DNA from: Pristiophorus japonicus
Taxonomy: Eukaryota
Direction of reading: 5' to 3'
NCBI RefSeq assembly: GCF_044704955.1
Contig: NC_091983.1
Location: 179,986,001 to 180,050,000, forward strand
Length of the DNA stretch: 64,000 bases
Shown: positions 37,401-48,972 of the stretch, piece by piece
Numbering within the stretch: the first letter of the stretch is position 1
Layout: the number at the start of each line of letters is the position of its first letter
Notes under the pieces: generated by a model
Database searches by the model: none
What the model was told of the DNA's origin: nothing
What the model saw: the letters and a program-made list of their open reading frames with translations, nothing else
Position numbers and translations under genes: made by a program

Positions 37401-39755
37401 CCTGTCACTGCTTTCCAAATGTGCTGCTATTTCATCCTTAATAATTGATTCCATCATTTTACCCACTACTGATGTCAGGCTGACCGGTCTATAATTTCCT
37501 GTTTTCTCTCTCCCTCCTTTGATAAAAAGTGGGGTCACATTGGCTACCCTCCACTCCATAGGAACTGATCCAGAGTTGATGGAATGTTGGAAAATGACTG
37601 TCAATGTATCCGCTATTTCCAAAGCCACCTCCTTAAGTACTCTGGGATGCAGTCCATCAGGCCCTGGGGATTTATCGGCCTTCAATCCCATCAATTTCCA
37701 CAATACAATTTCCCGACTAATAAGGACTTTCCTCAGTTCCTCCTTCTTACTAGACCCTCTGACCCCTTTTATATCCGGAAGGTTGATTGTGTCCTCCTTA
37801 GTGAATACCGAACCAAAGTACTTGTTCAATTGGTCTGCCATTTCTTTGCTCCCCGTTATGACTTCCCCTGATTCTGACTGCAGGGGACCTACGTTTGTCT
37901 TTACTAATCTTTTTCTCTTTACATATCTATAGAAGTTTTTGCAGTCCATTTTAATGTTCCCTGCAAGCTTCCTTTCGTACTCTATTTTCCCTGCCCTAAT
38001 CAACTCTTTGTCCTCCTTTGCTGAGTTCTAAATTTCTTCCAGTCCCCAGGTTCGCTGCTATTTCTGGCCAATTTGTATGCCACTTCCTTGGCTTTAATAC
38101 TATCCCTGATTTCCCTTGATAGCCACAGTTGAGCCACCTTCCCTTTTTTATTTTTACGCCAGACATGGATGTACAATTGTTGTAGTTCATCCATGTGGTC
38201 TCTGAATGTCTGTCATTGCTCATCCACTGTCAACCCCTTAAGTATTATTCGCCAATCTATCCGAGCCAATTCACGCCTCATACCTTCAAAGTTACCCTTC
38301 TTTAAGTTCTGGACCATGGTCTCTGAATTAACTGTTTCATTCTCCATCCTAACGTAGAATTCCATCATATTATGGTCACTCTTCCCCAAGGGGCCTCGCA
38401 CAACGAGATTGCTAATTAATCCTCTCTCATTACACAACACCCAGTCTAAGATGGCTTCCGGCCCAGTTGGTTCCTCGACATATTGGTGTAGAAAACCATT
38501 CCTTATGCACTCCAGGAAATCCTCCTCCACCGTATTGTTTCTGGTTTGGTTAGCCCAATCTATATGCATATTAAAGTCACCCATGATAACTGCTGCACCT
38601 TTATTGCATGCACCACTAATTTCCTGTTTGATGCCCTCCCCAACATCACTACTACTGTTTGGAGGTCTGTACACAACTCACACTAGCGTTTTTTGTCCCT
38701 TGGTATTCCGTAGCTCCACCCGTACCGATTCCACATCATCCAAGGTAATGTCTTTCCTTACAATTGCATTAATTTCCTCTTTAACCAGCAACGCCACCCC
38801 GCCTCCTTTTCCTTTCTGTCTATCCTTCCTAAATGTTAAATACCCTTGGATGTTGAGTTCCCAGCCTTGGTCACCCTGGAGCCATGTCTCCATGATGCCA
38901 GCCACATCGCATTCATTAACTGCTATCTGCACAGTTAATTCGTCCAGCTTATTCCGAATACTCCTCACATTGAGGCACAGAGCCTTCAGGCTTGTCTTTT
39001 TAAACACACTTAGACCCTTTAGAATTTTGCTGCAAAGTGGCCCTTTTTGTATTTTGCCTTGGGTTTCTCTGCCCTCCACTTTTACTCATCTCCTTTCTGT
39101 CTTTTGCTTCTGTCTCCATTTTGTTTCCCTCTGTCCCCCTGCCATATTAGTTTAATTCCTCCCCAACAGCACTAGCAAACACTCCTCCTAGGACATTGGT
39201 TCCAGTCTTGCCTAGGTGCAGACCATCCGGTTTGTACTGGTCCCATCTCCCCCAGAACGGGTTCCAATGCCCCAGGAATTTGAATCCCTCCCTGCTGCAC
39301 CACTGCTCAAGCCACGTATTCATCTGAGCTATCCTGCGATTCCTACTCTGACTAGCACGTGGCACTGGTAGCAATCCCGAGATTACTACTTTTGAGATCC
39401 TACTTTTAAAATTTAGCTTAGATGCGTGAAGAATGTTCCCGATGTTGGGGAAGTCCAGAACCAGGGGACATAGTCTTAGGATAAGAGGTAGGTCATTTAG
39501 GACTGAGATGAGGAGAAACTTCTTCACTCAGAGTTGTTAACCTGTGGAATTCACTGCTGCAGAGAGTTGTTGATGCCAGTTCAATGGATATATTCAAGAG
39601 GGAGTTAGATATGGCCCTTACTTCGAAGGGGATCAAGGAGTATGGAGAGAAAGCAGGAAAGGAGTACTGAGGGAATGATCAGTCATGATCTTATTGAATG
39701 GCGGTGCAGGCTCGAAGGGCCGAATGGCCTATTCCTGCACCTATTTTCTATATTT
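34485..39755 (+). mobile_element. 5'-truncated CR1 (34485-36122 and 39419-39755), split by an antiparallel CR1
   Basis: ORF2 fragments 34571-36038; host GAACAGGTTA|...|GATGCGTGAAGAATGTTCC is collinear with the uninterrupted copy at 60140-60170. Confidence 0.9.
36123..39418 (-). mobile_element. 3.3-kb CR1 LINE (end of ORF1, APE, RT, 3' UTR) nested antiparallel in a close relative
   Basis: ORFs 39147-39527 (esterase end DGLHL), 38678-39079 and 38213-38674 (APE), 37191-38003 (RT); tail at about 36123. Confidence 0.92.
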
Positions 39756-39774
39756 CTCATTCACTAGAAAGTAC

Positions 39775-42700
39775 TCGTTAAAAGAACTTACGCACAGGCA
39801 TCTTCCACTCCGTCAGTATGAAGTTCGGGACCTGGAATGTCAGGACCCTCATGGACAATTCCTACAGCAACAGGCCGGAATGCCGCAGCGCCATAATTGC
39901 CCGGGAACTCAAGACGTTTTGACATTGACATCGCCGCCCTAAGCGAGACCTGGCCGGCAGGGGAAGGGCAGTTGAAGGAACATGGTGGAGGTTACACCTT
40001 CTTCTGGAAAGGGAAACCAGAGGCAGAATGCTGCCTTCACGGAGTCGGCTTTGCCGTCAAGAATGAGCTGATCAACCGCCTCAAAGACTCCCCCTGTGGG
40101 GTCAACAAACGCCTCATGACTCTCCGTATCTCCCTATCTCGGAACCAATGTGTCACAGTCATCAGTGCGTATGCCCCCACACTCGATACCACGGATGAGG
40201 CGAAAGAGGGTTTTTATTCGAACCTCGAGACATCCTTGTCCCGTGTTCCCACGGGCGACAAATTGATCCTCCTGGTTGATTTTAATGCCAGGGTTGGCAA
40301 AGACACAGCCCTCTGGGGAGGTGTCATTGGCAGAGAGGGGGTAGGGAAAGCCAATTCCAGCGGTACCTTACGCCTGCCAAAATGTGTAGAACATGAACTC
40401 CTCATCACCAACACGCTGTTCCGCCAGAGGGACAAATACAAGGTATCGTGGCAACACCCTTGCTCCAAACACTGGCACCTGCTTGACTATGTCATCGTCC
40501 GAGCCAGGGATCGCAAGGATGTGTGCATCACCCGCGCTATGACAGGAGCTGACGACTGCTGGACGGACCACCGCCTAATCCAATCCATCATCAACATTAA
40601 CATTGCCCCAAAGCAGAGGGGACAGCAGAAGCAGTTCCGCAAAAACGTTAATGCCGGGGCACTTAGAGACCCAGCTAAGAGAGCCCTATACAACCAGCGT
40701 GTCACAGCCAATCTGGCGTGCCTTGATGACCCTAAGATACTGAACCTCCATAGTGCTTGGTCTGCCCTCTAGGCCTCTATAACCAGTGCCTGTGAAGAGA
40801 CACGTGGTCACTCATCCAGAAAACATTAGGACTGGTTTGATGAAAACGATCAGGTGATCGAAGAACTAATAGATTGCAAGCGCGAAGCATTTCTGAGCCT
40901 CAAGCAACAGTCGGGAGCTGCAAAACAACATTACAGACGGCTCAAGGCTCATGTCCAACAAAAAACTTGGGACCTAAAGAACAGCTGGTGGATGGAGAAA
41001 GCACAGGAGATACAACAACTGGCCGACAGCCACGATATGCGAGGATTCTTCACTGCAGTCAAGGCCACCTATGGTCCAAACTCCCAAGGCCCCACCCCAC
41101 TCCTGGCCAAGAACGGGGAAATACTCATCAAGGACACCGAGGCTGTCAGGGCCCGATGGAAGGAGCACTTTGAAGATCTCCTCAATCAAGACTCTGCCTT
41201 TGACTCGAGTGTTCTCGATTCCATCCCGCAGCATGCCACCCACCACCAACTCAGTGAAACTCCAACGTTGCACGAGGTAGGCAAAGCTATAAAACAGCTT
41301 AAGAATAACAAGGCTACGGCTGTGGATGGAATCACTACTGAGGCGCTAAAATATGGCGGAGAGGCGCTGTTGGCGCGGATACATGACCTCATCTCTCTCA
41401 TTTGGAGGGAGAAGAGCATGCCGGGAGATCTCAGAGATGCAGTGATTGTGATAATTTTTAAAAAGGGGGAAAAGTCCAACTGTGGCAACTACAGGGGAAT
41501 CTCCCTGCTTTCAGCCACTGGGAAAGTTGTCACTCGAGTTCTCCTCAATCGTCTTCTCCCTGTGGCCGAGGAGCTCCTCCCGGAATCACAATGCGGATTT
41601 TGTCCCCCACGGGGCACGATCTTTGCAGCGCGCTAGTTGCAGGAAAAATGCAGGCAGCAGCGCCAGTCTTTATACATGGCCTTTTTCGATCTTACAAAGG
41701 CTTTTGACACTGTCAACCGTGAGGGTCTATGGAGCATCTTCCTCCATTTCGGATGCCCCCAAAAGTTTGTCAACATCCTTTGCCTGCTTCACGATGACAT
41801 GCAGGCAGTGATCCTTACCAACGGACCCATTACAGACCCAATCCACATCCGGACCGGGGTCAAACATGGCTGCGTCATCGCCCCAACCCTCTTCCCAATC
41901 TTCCTCGCCGCCATGCTCCACCTCACAATCAACAAGCTCCCCGCTGGAGTGGAATTAAACTACAGAACCAGTGGGAAGCTGTTTAACCTGCACCGCCTCC
42001 AGGCCAGGTCCAAGATCACTCCAACCTCTGTCGTTGAGCTGCAGTATGCGGACGATGCCTGCGTCTGTACACTTTCAGAGGCTGAACTCCAGGATATAGT
42101 CAATGTATTCACTGAGACATATGAAAGCATGGGCCTTACGCTTAACATCCGTATGACACAGGTCCTTCACCAGCCCGTCATCCCCGCACAACACTGCCCT
42201 CCAATCATCAAGATCCACGGCGCGGCCCTGGACAACATGGAATATTTCCCATATCTCGAGAGCCTCTTATCAACAAAGACAGACATTGATGCGGAGATTC
42301 AGCATCGCCTCCAGTGTGCCAGCGCAGCCTTCGGCCGCCTGCGGAAGAGTGTTTGAAGACCAGGCCCTCAAATCTACCACCAAACTCATGGTCTACACGG
42401 CTGTAGTAATACCCGCCCTCCTGTATGGGTCTGAGGCATGCACAGAATGTACCGAATGCATCTCAAGTCGCTGGAGATATATCACCAACGATGTCTCCGC
42501 AAGATCCTGCAAATCTCCTGGGAGGACAGCCGCACCAACATCAATGTCCTCGACCAGGCTAACATCCCCAGTATTGAAGCACTGACCACACTTGATCAGC
42601 TTCGCTGGGCAGGCCACATAGTATGCATGCCAGATACGAGACTCCCGAAGCAAATACTTTATGCGGAGCTCCTTCATGGTAAAGGAGCCAAAGGAGGACA

Positions 42701-43051
42701 GCGGAAACATTATAAAGGACACCCTCAAAGTCTCCCTGGTAAAGTGCAACATCACCACTGATACCTGGGAGACCTTGGCCGCAGACCGCCCGAGGTGAAG
42801 AAAGTCCATCCGGGAGGGCGTTGAGCTCTTTGAGTCTCGACGTAAGGAGCACCAAGAGGCCAGGCGCAGGCAGCGGAAGGAGCGCGCGACAAACCAGCCC
42901 TACCGACCCCTTCCCCCGACGAATGTCTGTCCCACCTGTAACAGGGTCTGTGGCTCCTGTATCGGACTGTTCAGCCACCAAAGAACTCACTTAGGGAGTG
43001 GAAGCAAGTCTTCCTCGATTTCGAGGGACTGCCTATGATGATGATGATGAT
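39775..43051 (+). mobile_element. near full-length RTE-clade LINE (single ORF: APE, RT, C-terminal C2H2 motif), inactivated
   Basis: MKFGTWNVRTL at 39818, IAALSET, YAPT, WTDH, NYRGISLL, LQYADD, CPTCNRVC...H..TH; (GAT)n tail 43036-43051; TSD AAAGTAC at 39768-39774 and 43052-43058. Confidence 0.9.
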
Positions 43052-43184
43052 AAAGTACAGAAATGAGAGGAGGAAATTTTAAAGAAAAAAATATTGAGAT
43101 AAGGGACAAGATAACATTTGGAGTATTAGGCGATTTATATCATGATCCCTGTGGATACCAATATGTATCAAGATTCCTGTGATT

Positions 43185-43530
43185 ATAAATTTACATTTGT
43201 ATATCGTATTCCACGATTTCAGGACATTCCAAAGTACTTCACAACCAATTAAGTATTTTTTGATGTGAAGTAACTGTTTTAATGTAGGGCAATGTGGCAC
43301 ACAGCAAGTCCTACAAATATCAATGATATAGATGACCAAATAATCTGTTTTTTTTGATAAAGAAAGTTGGTTGAGGGTTACAATGTTGGTGTAGAGACCG
43401 GGAAAACTCCCCTTAGTCTTTGAATAGTGTCATAGGATGCTTTATATTCACCCGAGAGGGCATATAGGACCTTGGTTTAATGTCTCATCCAAAAGATGGT
43501 ACCTCTGGTAGTACAGCATTCCTTCAGTTT
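43185..43530 (-). mobile_element. DeuSINE-like SINE lacking its head
   Basis: Collinear with the body and tail of 700-1135 (e.g. TTTAATGTCTCATCCAAAAGATGGTACC versus TTTAACAAAAGACGGCACC). Confidence 0.6.
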
Positions 43531-43827
43531 GTCACGAACCTCAGTGCGAGTTGCAACGAGTAGTATAACTTGGGTTTGCAAGGTCCGCAAATACTAGTCT
43601 AATACTTGTGGTTGAAGTATAGCTGCTGCCTAAATTACAATGAAACAATTGCTGTCGCTTGTCCGAAGTTAATGAATGTAGTTATTATGTTAGTTCAACC
43701 CTCGGTCACGATGGGAACAAGTAACTCTGTCCAGCTCCCTGATATTACTATCACTCATTGGTTAAATAAAAATAAACGAATAAATAAAAAGTTAAAATTA
43801 AAAAATTTTAAGATGATGAGCGACTCT

Positions 43828-44512
43828 GGGGGAGAAATTTGCATCGTTTGCGCTGCCCATTATGGGAAGGAAACGATTTCTCGCCTGGGGCAGCTACTGC
43901 CTCCTGCGAAATTCCGCGGGAGTTTGGGGAGGCGCAAAAGTGGTAGCGCCCCAGGCCGCTGCGGTGGTGACAATGACATCATCGCTGTGTGCAACAGTGA
44001 AATTTAGTCGTCGCCCGTGAGGCTTCCACCGGCGACGACAGCGCCAGCTTCGCGGGTCGCAAATCGGGCCGTACTCCGCTCGTGGGGTGAAATTTAAAGG
44101 GGAGGTGCGCTGCTGACTTTTTGCAAAATGGCCAACCTTTCAATGAAGATTTTGCGGGCTCCGTGGCGCGATGCTGCAGCACGGCACTGTGCTTCTGTGC
44201 CGGGCTGCTGCCATGGCACCTTGCTCCCCCGGTGGCGAAGAGGAGACCCTTCACCCCACTGCAGAACTCACAGCATGCCCTCCCCTTTAACAGAAGGGGA
44301 GGACCCTGTGCTCAAGGCCAGCATAACACTGGAAAATTCCCACCCTTAGTGCCTCGGTCCCGCCCCCGAGAGGAAATGGAACATCTGACATTACGCTCCA
44401 CTTTCTCTCGGGGGAGGTACCCCCAATTTCGCAGCTCTTGCAGGACTTCCTCGCCGTGCGCAGGATGTCCTGCCTCACCTCGGTTACCGCCGCCAAACCA
44501 AATTTCGACCCC
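43828..44512. mobile_element. complete Harbinger-type MITE (685 bp, CpG-rich)
   Basis: TIRs GGGGGAGAAATTT and AAATTTCGACCCC; TSD TCT at 43825-43827 and 44513-44515; the right TIR resembles the left TIR of the transposase-bearing element at 23944. Confidence 0.85.
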
Positions 44513-45584
44513 TCTGAGTTTTTCATTGAACAGAATTTGAAATTAGAGAATGGGCCATATCCATGTTTTTATATTGTAGTCGTGTGCAAATGCTTTTTGC
44601 AAGGGGAAATGTTTAGTAATTCGGTCAAGATACCTTATCAGTGCTCATCTTAAGCAGCCTCCATGCTTTTGGTAACAAATCATTTGCTCCAACAGTTAGG
44701 AACACTGATATAGCAGTGAGAAAGGAGAGGCAGTACTGCATCTTCAATGCTCACATCATGGTCTGTTGGCCTCCAACTTGGGGACTCGGCATAAAACCCT
44801 CAATCACAGTTCTGAAGAAAGCCCTTGCACTACACAAGATCACTTCTGTTTTTATTAACTAACTCTCAAAATGATAGGAAGAAAAAAAAAAAATCAAGTT
44901 TGCCACCCAGAAAGTTTTATACACTTAACTTTCTCTGGATATACGAGAAAGGGATTGTGCACTGTACAAGCCATACTGTACTCATATTAATGACCCTTTT
45001 AAGACGTGAAAGATAATCTAGAAGAGCTCAACTTCCTTCATGTACGTGAATAAAGCGCAGTATTCTCTAGAAAGAAACTAAATGACAGTATAAACCCAGA
45101 GGAAGTAATAAAGTAGCCATGGTTTGAAGAGATGCTCGCAGTGAAAAGAAAACAGAATTATACCGTGCTTAATTAAAGTAAAAACAAAATTAAAAAGTAT
45201 CCAATGTAGTTATAATGTGCCAATTGTCAGCATGTGGGCTCCACTAACTACCATAGTAGCAATTTGCTCAGAACACAGACATACCAAGTTTGTAGATCTG
45301 AACTTGATATATTGGTGTGCATGGTCCACATGGACCATACAAGATTTATTCTTTACTGGGTAGCTATCCAGATGTTCAGGGCTGGGTCCAATTACGTTTT
45401 ACTTTTATGACTTCCAACAAGTTTCTAAGCTTTTTTTAAATTCCAGGTACATTTGATATGCTATCCTGGGAGGAAAACAATCACCTCTAAAATTTCACAT
45501 TTATTTCACCTTAATTAAATGCCTCTTTAACTTACGTAGTAAAAACTTTGTTGAAAGCACTTTCTCCCTCACCAGCTTCACAGA

Positions 45585-46110
45585 CTCGTAGAATTTTATA
45601 ACACAGAAGATGACTGTTATGGTCCATCGCAACTGTGCTGGCTCTCTGAAAGAGGTATCCATTTAGTTCTATTCGCTTGCTCTTTCCCAAACTTTAAAAT
45701 ATCTATCCATTTCTCTATTAAAAAATATCATGGTTTCTGTTTCTCCTTGGACATTCCCGATCATAATCTTTTAAAAACATCTCCTACCTTCTGTTTTTGT
45801 TTTTTTGGTGATTTATCAAATTTATGTCCTTTGAGTTACATTGGAATAATTTTTCCCAATTTCCCCAAATGAAGAGAGTCCCCGTTTTTCTGGGCTCCCC
45901 TCAACCCTGGTATCATCAGCGAATCGCTTCTGCATCATCCCCATGGCTTTGGCATCCTTTCTAAAATAAGACATCCAAACCTGGATACAGTGTTCTAACT
46001 TTGGCCCAATCAATGATTTGTATAGGTTTAACATTACCTGCTTCTTTGACAGGATAGCTAAAATTAAAATTCCTTTCCATGGAGACAAAATATAAGGAAC
46101 ACTTTGTCCC
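45585..46110 (-). mobile_element. old CR1 3' remnant
   Basis: KQVMLNLYKSLIGPKLEHCIQVWMSYFRKD (ORF 45822-46160) and a degenerate 3' tail near 45590. Confidence 0.7.
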
Positions 46111-46159
46111 ACATGAGTTGCTGTTTTTCCCCAATTGTACAAGGAGCTGCAAGATGTCA

Positions 46160-46420
46160 ACTTGCCTCAGTCAGTAACATTCTTGCTGAAGCCAGATGAT
46201 TGTGGGTTCAAGTCACTACAATATTTGCACACATATTTTAAGCTAACAGTACAGTACTGCATTTTTGAAGGTGATGTCTTTCAGATCGAATATCAAATGA
46301 TGGTCTTTTTCAGTTTGCTTCCGTGATTCAAATAGATTATAAAGATCCTTTGGCATTACTAGAAGAGGAGCAGGAAATTGCTACTTTTTACAAGGATCTT
46401 GCTATGTGCAAAGTAGCTGT
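46160..46420 (+). mobile_element. DeuSINE-like SINE interrupted by the Harbinger element at 46421
   Basis: Head GCCTCAGTCAGTAAC...TTGTGGGTTCAAGTCAC, body GTACAGTACTG...TCTTTCAGAT...GAAGAGGAGCAGG...GATCTTGCTATGTGCAAA. Confidence 0.55.
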
Positions 46421-46699
46421 GGCTAGAGATTTTACAGTGCAGTTGGGTCGGCAGGCCGTGTAGCAGTCAGGAACACGATGTTCTGCTCAGCACGTTCGTC
46501 AGGATAACTTTAACGTAATGGCTGCACTTAAAGCAGCTATGCACGTTTCCCGGCCCAATTAAATTGTGTGGGTCTGATGACATCATTGATGACTCATTTC
46601 CAGCGCCAATATTTAAACCACACAACTCATTTGAAGGTCGCTGGAGGAGTTTGGAAGCTGAAATACAAGGGGTTGAGTCCGTCAATACTGGATAGTCAA

Positions 46700-47420
46700 A
46701 GGCAGAGGGCTGCATCACAATTTTCTGACCCATCCCTGCATAATCTAGTGCAGGCAGAGAGAGCATGCAGGGAAACCCTGTTCCCTACTGATATGCGAAT
46801 AAGACCTCCAAAAAAGCTTGGCCAGATATAGCAGAGGAGGTCTGCTGCAGGGATGTGGTCAGGAGGACATGGATCCAGTGTAAGAAACGATTGATTTATC
46901 TCATTAGGCCGGGAAAGGCAATTGCAATGCCGCACTCACCTTTATCCTGATGTTCCTGTCACCATATTCCCAGCACTCTGCCTTTTCAACTGCACATCAT
47001 TCATCACACCAACATACCTTGCATGTCCACCCATCCCCCTCTCTATGTATATACTCACATTCCCATCTGATGAACCAGCCCAAACACTCATCCTCATCTG
47101 AATGCAATCATAGCAAGTAACACCACCGAAGGAGGCCATTTGACATTGGCACCCCATTTCTTCATAGTCATCCACTATAGATGTAACCCATACATTCCTT
47201 ATACTCATTCCACCACTCTTACTAAAACTTCTCTTCTTTCCCTCTTTGCAGGAGAAAAGAGCCCAGAACACACGGGTGGGGCAGAGAACCGGAGATGGCC
47301 CTCCTGTCTTCACCCAACTAACACCAGCACAGGAGAATGCTCTGGAGATATCGGGCATTGCAGAGATGTTGGCGGTGGGAGACGGAGAGAGGGGGACATC
47401 CCAGCAACCTGGTGACAGAA
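46700..47420 (+). pseudogene. Harbinger Myb/SANT-like DNA-binding protein gene remnant (intron-containing)
   Basis: RAASQFSDPSLHNLVQ...TLFP...IAEEV...RRTWIQCKKR (about 46705-46900); a second exon follows TTTCCCTCTTTGCAG: EKRAQNTRVGQRTGDGPP...LTPAQE. Confidence 0.7.
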
Positions 47421-48972
47421 TCACATCTCATGCAGCCACATGGCAAACAGTAGTCACTCGTAGACCTCCTCTTGAGGAGGGGTATAAACATAGACTTGGG
47501 CGTTCATCGCCCCACTGCTGTGCAGCAGGGTGTTCTCCAGCTCCTTGCTAGCAGGGAAGTGTGGGTGGCCCATGAGAGGGATGATGGTGAGAGGGGACAT
47601 GGAAGTGGAGGCTCCTCTCAAAGCACTCATACTTCTCCCCCATTACCCCGCCCCCCCCCCGCCTGCCCCCTCAGTTAGAGCCCCACATGCTTCCTCAGAT
47701 CCCGATGCCAGATACTGCCCCTGCACAGTTGCAGGAGAAGCCGACTTTGGCGGGGCTATCACAGGCTCCAAAATCTAAAGAACATCCACCAAAAGTGTCC
47801 GAGTCCCAGCAGGGAAGTGAACAGGCTGCCTCTACCTCTGCTGAAGCCACAGGGGTTGCACCTTGTAGAAGCTCGTGGAAGAGAAAAATGACACTAAAGT
47901 AGATGTACATGGGTATGTCCAAGGGTGTATAAAAAATGCTAGCCCCAAGTTTCAATTATTTTAATGGCCGAGTCCATTTTTGCCTGCTACCTTGGATGTG
48001 GCTTTGTCACTTGGAGTGAATGGTGAGACATTACTTAACTGGGCACTGGGGGTTTGGGTGTGAGGAATGGCTAGGTCATTGTAGGGATGCTTTATGGTGT
48101 TGTCGGGGGCGGGAGGGAGGGAGTGGGGAGCTCTGTGGAGCACGTGGCAGCATTGGAGCAAATTAAGGAAATCTAGGCATGATGAGGTCGTTCTGGGGCC
48201 TTCCTTCCAGACAACAATGTGCACCGCTGCTGGTGCTATCCGCACCTCAGGTTCCTCTTCCTGCTCCTTCTCGTCATCCACCTGCTCCTCCTCCTCCTTC
48301 TCTGAAGAGGTTGTGTGCTCTGCGCTTTGCTCTTCCTGCAGCGCTATGTTGTGCAGCGGGCAGCAAATGACGATGATTCTGGAAACTGTGGCTGGAGCAT
48401 AGAGAGGGTTCCTCCAGATCGGTCAAGGCATCTGAAACACATCTTCAGCATGCTTATTGCTTGCTCTATGACACATCTGGTGGACATTTGGCTCTCATTA
48501 TAACGCTCTTCGGAATCAGTACTTGGGAGTCCTCAAGGGTGTCATGAGCCACGTCTTCAGTGGATAGCCCTTGTCTGCAAGCAGCCATCTGGTAAGTCTA
48601 TTTGGAGGAGCGAAGAGCCGAGGGAGGGTGGGCTGGCACAGCACGGAAGTGTCATGACAGCTGCCAGGGAATCTGTCGCACATATGCTTAATCATCAAGC
48701 CCTTGCAGTTCACAAGCATTCCTGGTTGATGATAGGGTGCCGTCATGGGCACATATCTGCAATTGATGCCGCCCTGCACCTGTGGGTAGTCAGCCAGAGC
48801 TGCAAAGCTGAGCACCCGATCAGTAGCACTGGCCTCCATTAGTGGCAAAGTTGATATAATTGGCTGACTTGGAAAACATGGCATCGATGCATCTGTGGGC
48901 GGCTGGCTGCGAGATCCTACAAGTATCTGCTGCAGATCTTTGGAAGAAGCCCAAGGTGAAGAAGTTGAGGTT

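Noticed and set aside
38409-39155. Long antisense ORFs over CR1 and RTE elements (248 aa here; also 15218-15757, 49825-50247)
   Set aside because: Shadow frames of LINE coding sequence with no independent gene signals.
39756-39820. HDV-like ribozyme at the RTE 5' end
   Set aside because: Only about 40 nt lie between the TSD and the ATG, and no nested double pseudoknot could be drawn by eye.
43828-44512. CpG-island promoter (also 26610-27147, 20886-21631, 25560-26010)
   Set aside because: The CpG-rich sequence coincides with TIR-bounded Harbinger elements or MITEs.
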